A program made the position numbers and the translations under genes. The notes beneath the pieces are model-generated. The model did no database searches and had not been told where the DNA came from. It was given only the letters and a program-made list of their open reading frames with translations. A stretch of DNA of 64,000 bases from Callorhinchus milii. Its lineage: Eukaryota. Location: assembly GCF_018977255.1 (NCBI RefSeq), contig NW_024704742.1, positions 38,876,001 to 38,940,000 of the forward strand, read 5' to 3'. Shown piece by piece: positions 1-13,290 of this stretch (positions within the stretch are counted from its first letter, which is position 1; each line of letters opens with the position of its first letter).

Positions 1-510
1 TGGATAGGGAGGGGGCGAGATGGAGGGACTGTGGGATGGAGTTCCAGAGGGTGGGTACAGAGTGGGGGAAGGCCTGCCCGCCGATAGTGGGACGAGCGAG
101 GCGGGGAACGTGAAACAGGTCAGAGCCCGCTGAGCGGAGGGAACGAACAGGATGGTAGGGTTTAGCAGGTCGGAGGGATAGTGGGGAGCAAGACCATGGA
201 GGGCTTTGAAGGTGAGGACCAGGATCTTAAACTGTATTCTCTGTGTGATGGGAAGCCAGTGAAATTGGCAAGGATGGGGGTGATAGGGTCGTGGAGCCTG
301 GTGCGGGAGAGGACATGGGGTGCAGAGTTCTGGATGATCTGCAGCCTGTGGAGGGAGGAGTTGGGGAGGCCAACAAACAGTGAGTTTGTATAGTCGAGCC
401 TTGATGTAATGAAGGCATGTATGAGGGTTTTGGTGGCCTGCGGTGTGAGACAGTGTCGGAGCCGGCGACGTTGCAGAGGTGGGGGAAGTCAGAGCGGGTC
501 ATGGGTCATG
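1..510 (-). mobile_element. L2 LINE, 3' part of ORF2 (decayed, cut by window edge)
   Basis: Reverse complement is homologous to the L2 copy at 40.7-41.2 kb; ORF 227..502 reads MTRSDFPHLCNVA. Confidence 0.9.
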
Positions 511-974
511 ACACTGAAGGACAGGAGTTATATAATACTAAAATTGTACTCAGACCAAGTTATTGCAAAGGTATCTATGAACCTCTCTCTGCCTGGGATA
601 AAGAACAATCCTTTCAGATGTGCTAAGACAACTGGAAAGGGCTTCTGGAATCAACCATTGTCAGCAGTGTTAGGGGAATGGGGGGTGGGGGAGTTCGACT
701 CCAGTATCCCTGGGACTAGTTGATAATTAACACATTGACAGGTCAGTTTAACACCAGTGTGTCAACTAGCGCCATTGGGACGTAAAATGTGTGTCTCCTC
801 CAGTGAACCCTGTACACATTATGCCAAGCAGCAAAACGTAAGAGCTGTGTTCTTGCAAGTGACATGCATACAGTTCAGTGCAAGAGTTGTAGTTTACATC
901 TTGAGGCACGTTGTCCCGCAAAGATTAGGGGGGGGGGGGCATTGGATTGTTAGAACTGACATCCATTGGAAGAG

Positions 975-1230
975 ACATTAAATAAAGGTTAGGTCTGCCT
1001 GTTGAGGTGAACATTAAAGATCTCATGACACTGTTGAAAGGAAACTCCCAATGTTATGCCAACAGCTCTCCAGATAAATTGACCATGGTTTGTGGGTCTC
1101 TACATCAGCTACTGAATTGGCCACTATATGTATCCTCAAGTATAACAGTCACACACAATTATCTCTTGTTAGGCCTCTTGAGACACTTTTATGATATGGG
1201 CACTGTATCAAACGCAATGATGATATTATT
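975..1230 (+). mobile_element. Decayed DeuSINE/SacSINE1-like SINE fragment
   Basis: aggtgaacattaaagatctcatgacact core plus L2-like tail ending in (att)n, matching copies at 33.9 and 49.8 kb. Confidence 0.6.
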
Positions 1231-2710
1231 AAAGGAATGGACACAACTGAGCTCAAAAGTATCAGAATTCAAGTGAAGTATCTGGTGAACATCAACAATG
1301 TCCTTTAGTCCCGTGTTCACTCTTGTTGTGGAGAGATTCTGTTCAATTCTAGTTTGCCAGAACATCGTGGCAGCCAATGCAAAGAATGGCCCATTAATTT
1401 GAGCCTTCCCAACATGTTGTCTTTACTTTTAGCGCCTTGAAAGCCAAATACCAGGACAGTGTGCAGAGCACAGTTCCTCAAATCTTGCACCTTATAAGAT
1501 TAGAATAAAATTTACAATTTCTAGAATGGAATATTAAAAATAGAATTAAAATTTCCTCATTCATATTGGAATTTTAATACTTAATACATTTTCATAAGTC
1601 AAATGCATCCAGAAATAATACCACCATATAAAAAATGTAATATATTTGATATTTTAAACCAGGTTTTAATTCCTTTCCTAAAGGTGCTGACACTTTACCA
1701 GACTACTGTTCTATGCCCGCCAACAACTGATACCTGGGCCAAATATTCAGTCCCTATGTGTGATCCAATGTCTTCCTGTTATGCTCATTACTAAAGAACA
1801 GCAAACTTTTTGCTATGTCTTTGTACATAGGAACCAAATAGATCAGTGTCAATGAACACCTTTTGATTATAGTGGGCTACTCAACTGCAGAAAACATAAC
1901 AATTGATCCTCATTTAGCAGTTACGCATGTGCTTCCCAGGAGTAGCAACAGTAGTAGTGGTGGTGATGGGGGTGATGCTGATCACTAAATAGCAATATCA
2001 GGGTGGGTGGATGGGAGGAACCTGATAGAATTTTTCCTTCAGTTTGCTCAGTCCAGGGCATTCTGTTGCCAATGATAACACCCCTCCTTCTAGGGACCTC
2101 TGGTCTGTGCAGTCCAGTTTTACACCAGGCAGTACCTTCACCTCCTGAGCCTTTGCATGAGCTTGAATACTGTACCTCTGTACTTGTAGCATGACATCAT
2201 CATTATTTATATACCCAGTTATCTGTTTTACTTACAAATTAATGTCTATAATATGTAATATTTTTTGTCTTTCCTACTGCATTACCTGCCCAGTGTTTGC
2301 TGTGTATATTAACTGGGTCAGTTTTACAACGCTTCTTAAAGGGATTCCTAAAAAGAAAACCATGAGAATGTGTGACAACCTGCGGGAATTAGATGGCATC
2401 AGAGCGGAGTTCCTATGTCCAATTCCCAGGAGGTTCCTATGTGTGCCACTCGGATGGCAAGGAATCCTTTTACGAAATACTGCAAATTAGATCCGCTCAT
2501 TTCTAAAATCACAATTCGATTTGTACTGTTGTGGCTTCTGTTGTTTTGCTCCTATGTTTCCCTTTCGCTTGTGAAGCACAAAGGATTCTGGTAACCCAGA
2601 AACCACCAGGGTGGTTAACAGAAGCACTTTATGTTTTATGTCTAATTTAATTTTTTTTAAAAATGGAGCTTTCTGAAGTAGGCCCCATGAGAGGAAAAGC
2701 ATGCCCTAGA

Positions 2711-2830
2711 CCAAGGGGCCGGCAAACTCACAGACATAAGCGAGACAGCCGAGCAGGCCCCTGAGCCCACTTCACACGCCTCACGCCAAGACCTGAGGTG
2801 CACGGGGGAGGGGGGGTTACATTTATTTTG
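2711..2830 (+). mobile_element. Possible hAT-Charlie-type left end remnant
   Basis: caaggggccggcaaac resembles the CAGGGGTCGGCAAAC TIR and is preceded by ctagac (TCTAGA-like target); no partner TIR found. Confidence 0.4.
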
Positions 2831-2879
2831 GCCCTAAACTCTGCTTTGGAACCATAACATCTGCTTCTCTGTGTGAGGA

Positions 2880-2998
2880 GACTGATTAGTTGCTGGCAGC
2901 AGACAGCTGTCAGCGGCGTTCAGAATGAAACCATTTAAAGGAGGATAAAAAGCCAAGGTACCAGTTTCTTGCTTCGGGCTGTACCTCGGGACGCAGGG
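2880..2998 (+). promoter_or_regulatory. Candidate promoter / first exon ending in strong splice donor
   Basis: GGG|GTAAGT donor at 2998/2999; X-box-like GTTGCTGGCAGC at 2889-2900; AGACAGCTGTCA at 2901-2912; 11 CpGs in 2700-3000; ATG at 2925. Confidence 0.4.
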
Positions 2999-3473
2999 GT
3001 AAGTCACACACAGACTGGGGACAGCAGTTCTTCAGCAAGTAGCAGTAAGGTAGAGCAAGCATGTCGGAATTTTAAATGTAGAAAGAATTTTATTTTCATT
3101 GCTGAATTGTTAAAAATAAATGGACTAATTGACTTCACAATGACTTCTAGCAGTTGCTGCGTTTGTTGGAGCATTTGCTTTGCCATCTGTATGCAGGGCA
3201 TGTTTACTCAGCAGGGTGTGGATTAACACTGGGGCAATGGATCTTCAGTCACTCGGTACTTTGCTTTGTGAGTTGAATATATTATAATTCAAAATCTACT
3301 TTTAATGGGAAAACAAATGGAAGCCAGTCTGTGGTCATCTTTTACAATTGCTTCACATGAAAAGTGCAGAAGACTGTATTCATGCCTACAAATTTGGGTC
3401 ACTCAGTGTTTTATGTGATCACTTTCACTTAGATGGTATGAATCTGTTTTTTTAATTCTTTTATTCTCCTCAG

Positions 3474-3513
3474 ATCTTCTTTATTTCTAGATTTGTATCC
3501 TCTTTTGAAGGAG
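3474..3513 (+). CDS. Candidate 40-nt exon (SSLFLDLYPLLKE), gene unidentified
   Basis: Long pyrimidine tract ttttattctcctcag| acceptor and GAG|GTGAGT donor; phase 2 in, phase 0 out. Confidence 0.45.
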
Positions 3514-3920
3514 GTGAGTGTTTTTCAGCCACGGCTCTTTGGTCCATTCTCTGGTATCTCAGATAGCGTCAAATGACAGGGTATATGACTGCTGTGATTA
3601 CTGCAGTTCCCGCTATCTTTTATCCACCCCACCATATAATCATCTCATCCATCCCCCCAATATATACACACATACAAAATTCAATTCTTCCACACATCCC
3701 ATTACATCCAACACATCTCCCAAATACATATGGTCACATCTGAACTTACCCAAACCCCTTGCCCCCAATCACCTGATCTCCCCAATTCACCCAATCCCCC
3801 CACACTTGCAACCCCAGGGGTGTTCAGGTTACATTTTGCTTAGCAGCCACCACTTAAGCTACAATCAGTTAAATCAGCATTGAGTGGGGATTCAGTGTGT
3901 CAGTTTCCGATCCGGTAGCC

Positions 3921-4035
3921 ATTATCCACTGAGAATTGCTTAGTTCCATTAACCAGTATTGTTTACTCACTGAGTGTAACTCAGTACAATTTACCTACTG
4001 AGTGTTGCTCAGTACCATTTAGCAACTGAGCTATC
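3921..4035. repeat. Short tandem array, ~28-bp unit with internal palindrome
   Basis: tttactcactgagtgtaactcagtacaa (3962), tttacctactgagtgttgctcagtacca (3990), degenerate units at 3921 and 4018. Confidence 0.7.
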
Positions 4036-4409
4036 AGGGAGTTCAGCATGTAAACATGGAGCAGCTGCTGTTGAAAGCTACAACTATCATTTGTCACCTT
4101 TATAGGAAATCATTAAATAGATACAAACTTTTGTGTTTTTATAACTGGCTCTGAATGCTGAAGAATCACTTCACAATAGACAATCAGGAGTCTTTTGTTG
4201 GCAGCCAAATCGAAGAAGTTCAAGGATATTTTCAGGGATTTCTCTTGCACTTACTTTGATAATAAAACAAACACCATCTGCTTCCTCTTGTGAACTCAGC
4301 CATCATTTGCATATTTTGTCTGTGCACATGTGCTATTTAGATCAGGAATTGTGTTATTGAGCAGAGCTGCATTTTTTCACTTTGCCCAGAATGGACCTAA
4401 CTACTGGAT

Positions 4410-4640
4410 ATGGTTTCAGGTGGACCTGTGGCTGTTCAATGGACGTTGATGATCCCATGCCACTATTCAAAAAGAAAAGGGAGTTTCTCCTTGTGTCCTG
4501 GCCAACAATCCAAGATAAAAGTGGGATATTGCTGTGTGCAAATTAGCTGTCACTTTCACCTAAAATACACAGTCAAACACTTTATAGTAAAATCCTATGA
4601 CACAGTTTGAGACGTCGTCCTGATGTGAAAGGCGTGATTT
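4410..4640 (+). mobile_element. DeuSINE-like SINE, 3' half
   Basis: gatcccatgccactattcaaaaaga...gtgtcctggccaac...gtgaaaggcg tail. Confidence 0.7.
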
Positions 4641-4844
4641 CAATTCAATTTTGTAACTTGTAATGCATTAATTTGAAACACACCCAAATGTGTCAGAGGT
4701 AACAACACCATTCTTAATCCTGATTTCCTTCAAGCTGGGTCACATACTCAACTTATGGTTTATGAATCAATGCATCCGATTCTGGAGGTCAACCTTTCAA
4801 TCTAGCGTCACAGAACGGTCTTGTAATCTTGTTGGTCGATCTTG

Positions 4845-5300
4845 TGGGTGGGTGTTCTGGAAGGATGAGATCAAATGGGCTGAAAGGCTTTCTTCATCCA
4901 AACTAATTTTGTAACAGATGCTGTTGGTGGAGGGTGGGAGTAACAATCTGCCTCTGGTATATCGGGGACATTGCCATTCAAAGTTACAATTGACTACATT
5001 TAAAAAGAACCTGGGGGTCAGGTACAACAGAAGACAAATTTAATAGAGTTGTAGCTCTCCTCCACTCACTTGATAGTATATGAGGAAAATTTCCAGTGAT
5101 CGGGGAACAATTTTAGGGACTGGGTGATGCAGTCCCTTTTTATTTGGGAGCTGGGTTCAAATGAAGCTGAAACTAATGGGATGAAATTCTTGCTTGTCTG
5201 CAGGCTGTAGTTGTCCCATATCACAAGATTTGAATAAAAAAGACCTTCAGACAATTTGATCTCATCCTTCCAGAGCACCAAAAGGTTACAGGGTCGTACC
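4845..5300. mobile_element. Two old CR1-like 3' tails in inverted orientation
   Basis: ctggaaggatgagatcaaat at ~4857 (+) and its reverse complement at ~5254-5273; a third copy at ~27130-27195. Confidence 0.55.
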
Positions 5301-8300
5301 ACTCTAATTTGTGTTTGATATGATGAGTACCTTGCCTAAAAAAAATCTCTGAGGGAAGGTGGTGGGAGGGGGGAGAAATGGACTCTTACGTCTAACAAAA
5401 TCAGGCAGATCTGAATCAACCAAGGCCTGGTTTGGAGGTGCTCGAGGCAAAGTCTAATGGCTAGGCAGCCCTAATGCCATGCTGTGTGATTACAATTTTG
5501 TAGGGATAGAGGTCAAAGTACCTTAGAGGGAGCTCTCCTCTTTCTCTAACTGTGTTATATCTAACGTGAGGGTGCTTGATTCTGCCAAGAATTGAGAATA
5601 TGTTTCATTTCCCAGCTGTCACATCCCTCAATTTCAGGAGTACATAAGTTTACTCCCTAAAAACATTGTTTATAAATTTATGGTTGCACGCGTAGGTAGT
5701 TGTTTCCACACTGAGACTGCTTTTGCCAAGCATCAGGTAAATGCTTGTATTAATCCCCTCTGTCACCAGCAGCCAAGGTAAATAAACCCCAGATGCTGAA
5801 CCAGTGTGTTTGAGGGTTACTGAACAACACAAAATAATAGCCAGTGATATTGTGGCTGCATGTTCCTCTCACAGTAGATTCAAATTCATACACAAGTCTC
5901 AGTGGTTTGAAGCTAGCATCTGGATTTGGTATATTTTCCTCCTGATTGGTCCAGAATAGTGTTAAAATTTACTAACCACACTGTAGCTACTTGTCCATTT
6001 CTGACAGTCTCCATCCTGTGAGCCCCTCAGAGCAACATTACCAAATTGTTGCTAGTGTGTGCCAAGTTCCCAAGCAACATTGGCTTTGCACTGCCATCCA
6101 CTGGGAACTGCATCAAGACTGCCTGAACTTACTTCACCTAAACAGCCACCAGAGAGTGTGGAGACCATAATTGTTGTTGTCTGGAGTAAACTCAAAGGCA
6201 GAAGGACATTTGCTTTTACGTACTATGATAGAATTTCAGAAAAGCTCAACGGGATATGAACAGCCAGTTCAAACTACTGCATTCCTTAAAGGAAAATTCA
6301 CAAAATTTGAATTGAAGTGATAGTTACTACTTGGATGAAACTGTTCTATCTCTTTTCTGAATTATTGAGTGTTAATGGTTGGTATAGATTATTACTTCTG
6401 TTCATAAAAGTAGCAAAGCCAAATTTGATTACGCTTTGTAATGATACAGATGGACATGCATGAGGGGATTTAGTGAGAGAATCTCAAGTTATTTTCTGTT
6501 GTGAAGAGACTCATGGAATGGTGTAGTGTCCTGGACTAAGCTATTTTACACTTTATAATAATAAATAATCCTTGCATTTAATATAGCTCCTTATTACATT
6601 GTCAAGACGTCTCAAACACTCCACAGGAGATACTCAACAACAAGCAAAACTTGTTGAGAGTCTTGGACTGAGCTAAGCTGTTTCTGTCACACTCAGAGCT
6701 CTGTGTAATCAGCTGTACATAAATGCAAATGCAGAACTCTGCTCATTGGCGACTAGATACAAAGGACATTTCTATTTTTGGAATAAAATTGATGGGGTTC
6801 TTAAATTTTAAATTTGCCTCCCTGAGGTGATCTCACATCTCACACCAGCAATACGAGGTATGGGAAATGCAAGTTATGGTAAACACCTTCTCGAAATCTT
6901 AGGACTTAACTTACCTGAGGTGACCCCAGGTCCTACCTTAGGACTTAACCTACTCACACCAGTTCTGATAAGATATCTGAGTCAAATAATGGTACATAAG
7001 CTACAATTACATAGCAGATTGTAAGTCAGTGTATCATCTAAACCATGTTGAAGGCTTGCGAAATCTGCAGTGAGACTTGACCATTACTCTGCCGCCTGCA
7101 CTTGCTGTAGTCTGTCTCTCATGCACCACAGGGAGGAATGGAAGATTTGCCACCCAGACACTGCATACGTAATGACATATATTTGAAGCCAGTGCACTAA
7201 TTACAGTTACATTAACAGAACAATTCACTCTCAGTAACACAATGACAATGCATAGATGAATGTATGTGCGTATTGCTTGTATCAAGTGCAAGGATCTTAT
7301 TATATTCAGAGAGGTTTCATAAAGTAGAACCAAACACTTTTGTATTTCATTTTGTTCGTCAAAATTGTCAATCTCAGGAAGAAATAGAGGCTGCATCAAT
7401 GCTGCCTCAGAAGGTTACTTTTACCCGGTGTAGCTTTGGGCTTGATCCATCATGCCCATTGCAATGAAGTGCTGGATATTTGTTAGGATAGCTTCATATG
7501 ATGCTTCATATAGCAAAATAAAATTGTACAAATGGTGCTGTGAGGGAGGGCGAGAGAGGTTGTCTCAGTATAAGTATTGATACTCCTTAAAACAAATGTC
7601 ATTTGTCTCTGAATTTATGACATTAGGCATTTCCTAGAGATTTGAACTGTTTTTCAGATACTGTATATGAAGGAACACTAGGATCAAAACTTCACCAAAC
7701 AATGTGTCAGTCTTTTGCTCCGATCACTCCTCGACTTAAGAGTCTGTAGAACGAATGTTTCAGACTGTGATGGGAGAGGTCCGTGTGAAGTCGGGGTTAA
7801 TGCTGTTGGAGTCATATAGGAGAATGCTATTGTACTGTAAAATACTTAGACATCAAAGTGATCCTTCATGTGTTGGGAGAAGCACCACCTTTCACTCCTT
7901 GTCTCGTGTCTCAATGGTTTCATTGAAATATCTCCATGGACATTGTGACACAAGGGACACAATAAATTCAATACTTGCAGAAAACCAGTATTTTTCCTTT
8001 GCACTCGGTAAAAAGTATACCGTGTGATTTAGCTGGTCTCAGCTGGGAGGTCGTCATTTGTCTGATACATCTTTCCTCAGCCTCCCTGCCCCAGAGAGAT
8101 GTTTCTGCTTTTGATCATTATGAAGAGATTGACAGTGGAACAGGCAATTATTGACTGGCACCATCCACACTTATCACGTCCAACTTCACAATCTTCATCC
8201 CATATTTTCAAACCAAAGGTCAGTTTGCCAGGATGTCGATAGCATTTTAACTTACTTTAAAATACAGGCCTTTAAAATTATATTTGTGGTAAAAGGAAAA

Positions 8301-10159
8301 TCATGTCTTTTGTCTAACTTCTGAACTTACAATCGAGAATGCATTTTGTTGCCCTTAAAATATGAAATATAACCAATATGCAGTGGTGCCCCATTGTAAA
8401 GTGGTGAATAGGATGATGATAGAATGGTGATAGAATTCCACTGTACTGTATTGCTAGTCAGGTTAGGCAGTTTCCTTGGACATGCGGGTGTTACGCAAAG
8501 CTTGAAGTGACATTTTGGGAGACCTAATGACCTGAAGTTAGCCATTTTGGAGCCAGAACCACCCAATGCAGAGAAATGAGAAACCGTGTTGCTCGTGTGC
8601 AATGTTAGAACCTCGCAAAACACATTGCAGCCTGAACACATTTTATAACTGCATTTGCAAGAAACGCATTATAATGGGGCTGAAATGTTCTGCCACAAAA
8701 AGTCCCACAGCAGCTTGTTATCATACTGCTGTTCTAATTCAAGCAGTCTCCTTAAAAAGGCATGCAAGTCATGCAAAAGCCTCCTTGCTTGCTTTTCAAC
8801 ATTCCCCCCCAAAATTAAAATAACAAATTTCAGCTAAATATAAATGCCATTGAAGAGTGTAATCATTTCATTACAAATAAACTCTCTGCTTTGACTTTGA
8901 CACTGCATTTATTTGTAACTTAATAACTAGAAACTGTTCCTATAGCAGTGAATTCCCTTAAAGAGGACATGGTATAAGATTTACTGTGAGCACTTGGTAT
9001 CAATTTTCTATGTAAAGTATCAGATTGTTTCCGGATAAGTTTGTTGCCTTTGGATTGATTTGCCTGAGTTAGTTTCAATTCATAGAGAATCCTCAATTCA
9101 ATTTCCTTCTCATATGCTCTAAAAGGTCTCGTGTCCATTTCATGAAATACACAAACCTGTCATTTCAAAATAAATTGTAACAGACCTTATGATTGATATG
9201 CAGGAACATTCATGTGAATATTTTAATTATATTAATGTACACTTTAAGATACAGCATTTAGACATTTCTGAATCATATCCTTTTGCTTTTAAATCTCTTG
9301 TGCAAGGACATGTAAAGTTATACTGTGTAATATGTTTGCAATATGATACAGTGAGAATGTGCTTAAAGTTTATTTTGGCATTTAATCCTTTCTATACTGG
9401 TTATTTTATAATGAGTCACTTTTTTAAAACCCCAATCAGGAACTCATGAGTGCACAAGACTGGTAAAGTCTATGACTATCTGTCTGGCACGTCACATTTT
9501 CTAAAGTACCATTGTTCACTCCTTTAAACCTCCGTTCTTCAGCACCTTCATAATCCCATCTGATTCCCTTTTGAAACTATCAGCATTGCCCACCTTCAAT
9601 GCTTCCCTGGACAATCTGTTCCATATATTCACTACCTTCTGGGTAAAGCAGTTAAATGTAAACTCTTGGTTGCTGTTGACTTTTCCCCTTCTGAGCTTGA
9701 CACTGTGATCCCTGGTTGACTAAATCCAACATAGAAACAATTTCACATAAAAGACCATTTGTCATTGTAACTGCCTCATCCAACTTTCCACAAGATTCTT
9801 CTGATGTATCTATCTCTAAATCTAATAACTTCAAATCCTTTTAGTTGACAGAACTTGTCTAGTTCCTATTTGAAACCTTTTGTAGTTTCTTCTTCTACCA
9901 CTTGTGGCACCCCTAAATCTGGGGACACTTCAGCAATCACCTTCTGTCAATTTACACAGCTCCAGGAACAATTAAGCTTTGTTTTTTTTCTGAAGTAAAA
10001 AATTTGGGGTCTGTTTTAGAAATTTTCCCCTATTTTGTGGGTTTCTATCTTGTGGAGAAATCGATTGTGTGTGTGTTGTCAAAGCAATAATTCTAAAAAT
10101 TAATGCAGAGCATTAAAAATATTTCATAGAAAGCATCAAAATGCATAACATTGCTGGTT

Positions 10160-10420
10160 GGAAAATTGAGCAGGGGGTGGATCCTGAAGAAGGTGGAGAG
10201 GGGAAATATGATCGAAAGTGCAGCCAAAGAGATAGGTCATGAACAAGGTGAGGGAGCGAGTCAGAGGGATTCCAAGATGGAGTTCCAGAGAGCAGGAGTA
10301 GAATGCCTGCCTGATGATGATGGACAGACATGAAACAGGCTGGTGTTCACTGAGTGAAGCAATAGGTTGGGTTTGAAGGAGGTCGCGCACAAATGAGTGG
10401 CTAGTCAGAGGGCATTTTAA
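10160..10420 (-). mobile_element. Decayed L2 fragment
   Basis: gatggagttccagag and cttgaagga-like motifs shared with L2 copies at 1-120 and 19.1 kb. Confidence 0.65.
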
Positions 10421-10660
10421 GAGTCAACCACATAGTGTGGGGCTAGAGTCCCATGTAGGTTGGACCAGTTAAGGATGGCTGATTCCTTTCCCCTGAAGTA
10501 CCTGAGTGAACCAGTTTGTTTTACATCAATCCGTCTACTTTTTTGGTGCTAACTCAAATTAATTTTTTAAAACAAAATTAAAACTGTACAATTGTTTGGT
10601 AGGATTTAAGCCCATGACCTCTGGGTTGACCAGTCCAGTTCCATTAACACATCACTCGCT
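10420..10660 (-). mobile_element. tRNA-derived SINE of a second shark-type family
   Basis: gagtcccatgtaggttggaccagttaaggatggc...gtgaaccag body; B-box-like ggatttaagccc near the right end. Confidence 0.55.
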
Positions 10661-10938
10661 TGTATTCTCAGCTTGTGGTGTTTTTAAAACACACCAAAGA
10701 AGGTTGCTAAACTAATTTTCCTGAAGCCAGTGTCCTTTTAAAGAGGAAATAAATACTCTTTTTCTTTGATTAGTTTTTCAACATGCACATTGGTGAGGCA
10801 TTAATGTGGAGCACACATCCAGAGGGGGCCAGATGTATTGCGTGCCAAACAAAACCCTAACTGGAGTGAACCCCAGAGTCCTGATCAGAGATATTTCCCT
10901 TGTAGGTTTACCAATAATTTAATGGTTCTGTTTTACAG

Positions 10939-11115
10939 GATGACTGTGAGCTGCCCTATACATCTTATGTAACATACTTCACTGATCTGGAATTCCTCTG
11001 GAATGACATCTCTCTTTTAGTGTATTCCCTGTGCCTGGCTTTTGCCCCTGACGTTGAGTGCTGTATCATCTTGCCAAATGGCCTCAGAAGAAAGTGGAGA
11101 ACTGAGTATTGTTTG
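10939..11115 (+). CDS. Candidate 177-nt phase 0-0 exon (DDCELPYTSYVTYFTDLEFLWNDISLLVYSLCLAFAPDVECCIILPNGLRRKWRTEYCL), gene unidentified
   Basis: ttctgttttacag| acceptor and TTG|GTATGA donor; only frame 0 is open (59 codons); non-repetitive sequence. Confidence 0.5.
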
Positions 11116-11959
11116 GTATGAGATCTCAGTTTCTTGATTTGCCCTGATCTCTGTTCTGCTTATGTAACCTCATATCATATGCCAAGTCTCTTGCCAATGC
11201 AAAGAGTGGACCAACAGTTAGACGACCTGAAGAAAGGTATTAAATTCTTTGAATTGTCACAATAATAAAAACAAACCCTTGGGAAGATCCTTGAGAAGCG
11301 CAGAGGCTTTTAAGATCCAGAACATGCTGCTTCCTATTGTGGGCTTTGTCGGACAGTTCTGCTGTGCCCAGTACTTTAGATTTCTTTTGATTTGAATAAT
11401 GGGTTGAATCCGTAGTTTGCAAGGACTAAAAAAAAGAGTATTTTCCTGCAAAAAGCAGCAAATTCCTTTTTGTTTTAGCATGTTCACCAGAATAGAATGT
11501 GTAGTGAATGTTTATTATTCTGCTGTTGAAGTCAGAGTTTATTTGGCACTTAAAGGAAACCGAAAAACCTCTGAGCCCTAAAGTCAGGAGCACATTGAGC
11601 TTACTCTCATGTTTTGGATCAGGAATGCAGTCGAGAGTGGAAGAGCAAGTATTGCGGTTTATAACATTTATTATGCAACTGTACTTGAGGAATCTTGTGG
11701 AATAAAAAGAGAATGGAGTGAAAATTCTGACTCACGATTGACACTTTGTTGATCCCAGGGCTGTATCATGGCACCATTCTGTTGCCATTGCTCTGCCATT
11801 AAACTGAATTTGTATTTGTTTATTTTACTTGCTTGGGATAAATGTTCACTTCATTCATTCATTCCCCATCAGTGCAGTAGATGTAATTTTAGCTCCATTT
11901 ACACGGTGATGGAGTCCATTTAGTGATACATTGATATTTATGTTATTAAATGTACCCAG

Positions 11960-12382
11960 ATGTTCAGGAGGCAAATTACGCCCCCACTCCCCGAGCGCTC
12001 TCAATGGCGAAATCCATGTATTCAGTATTCAGACTCCGTCAGCATCACCATCCGTGTTTGCACACGACACCTTACTAAGCCAGTCCGGAACCTTGGCGTC
12101 TTGTTTGACCCTCAACTATCCTTTCTACCCCACATCTGCGCCATGACCCGCTCTGCCTTTCCCCACCTCTGCAACGTCGCCTGCTCCGACACTTTCTCAC
12201 ACCGCAGGCCACCAAAACCCTCATATACGCATTCATTACATCGAGGCTCGACTATGCAAACTCACTGCTTGTCGGCCTCCCCAACTCCTCCCTCCCGACC
12301 CTCAGTTTGGGTCCGTAACTCTGTCTGTCCAGCACATCCTCCCAACGTGAAAGGCGCTATACAAATGTAATTTTGTTGTTGT
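11960..12382 (+). mobile_element. Internally deleted L2 with 3' tail
   Basis: VRNLGVLFDPQLSFLPHI peptide in ORF 11960..12370; tail gtgaaaggcgctatacaaatgtaattttgttgttg. Confidence 0.9.
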
Positions 12383-12699
12383 AATCAGCCCCATAACACT
12401 GCGCTAATTGAAGCGCTCCAGGTCTCTACCCGACATGATGGGTGCTACATAAATGCAAGTTGTTGTTGGGCTTCTGCCGCTCAGATTGTGCCTTTCAATT
12501 GCTAACTAGCAGATTACCAAGATTTTACTGAACAAAACAAAGCTAGAATCCTGCTAACTGACAATGGAACACCTTGATTTTTGCATTGACATCCAATTCC
12601 CAGCTTCGTGGATTTCATTACTAAAAAGGCGTCAAGTGGTGGTGGGGAAATGCCTCCCTCAGGCTGGGTACACTTAGTGAGATAAATATACAACGCTTC

Positions 12700-13290
12700 A
12701 TAGTAACAGATCCTGGGGCCGAGCCAGAGGGAGGGAGAAGAAGGTGACCAAAGGCACGTTCAAAAAGAAAAGTCTTTAGCTGAGACCTGAAAGTAGGAAG
12801 AGAGGGGGCGACGTGAAGGGAGTGAGGAAGGGAATTCCAGAGCTTTGGGGCGCAGTGGCTGAAGGCACGGCTGCCGATGGTGGAGCGGAGGATTGGCGGG
12901 ACAAGGAGGAGGCCAAACCCCGTAGAGCGAAAGCAACGGGCACTGTTGTGAGGAGAGAGGTCAGAGAGGTAGGGGCTGCAGAGGAGTGGAGGGATTTGAA
13001 GACAAGAGTGAGGATCTTGAAATCGATCCTCTCTGGCACAGGCAGCCAGTGCAGTCTGGCAAGGACTGGGGTAATCGGGGAGCGGAGTTTGGTGCGGGTA
13101 AGAATGCGGGCGGCAGAATTCTGGATGACCTGGATTTTATGAATGGTAGTGGAAGGGAGACCGGCGAAGAGGGTTCATGGTGATAACCGTGTGATTTAAG
13201 ACGTTGACGAGAGTCAAAGAATATGGCTTCCGTCTTGTCAACATTTAGCTGAAGGAAAGTCGCGCTCATCCAGCTCATGATGTCTATAAT
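12700..13290 (-). mobile_element. L2 fragment (different subfamily)
   Basis: Peptides WMSATFLQLNVDKTEAI and PERIDFKILTLVFKSLH, typical of the L2 ORF2 C-terminal region. Confidence 0.9.

Noticed and set aside
2700..3000. True CpG island
   Set aside because: Short with only 11 CpGs, about half within a possible hAT remnant; kept only as weak promoter support.
3921..4035. CRISPR-like palindromic 28-bp repeats
   Set aside because: Units are contiguous with no unique spacers, there are no cas genes, and the context is vertebrate.
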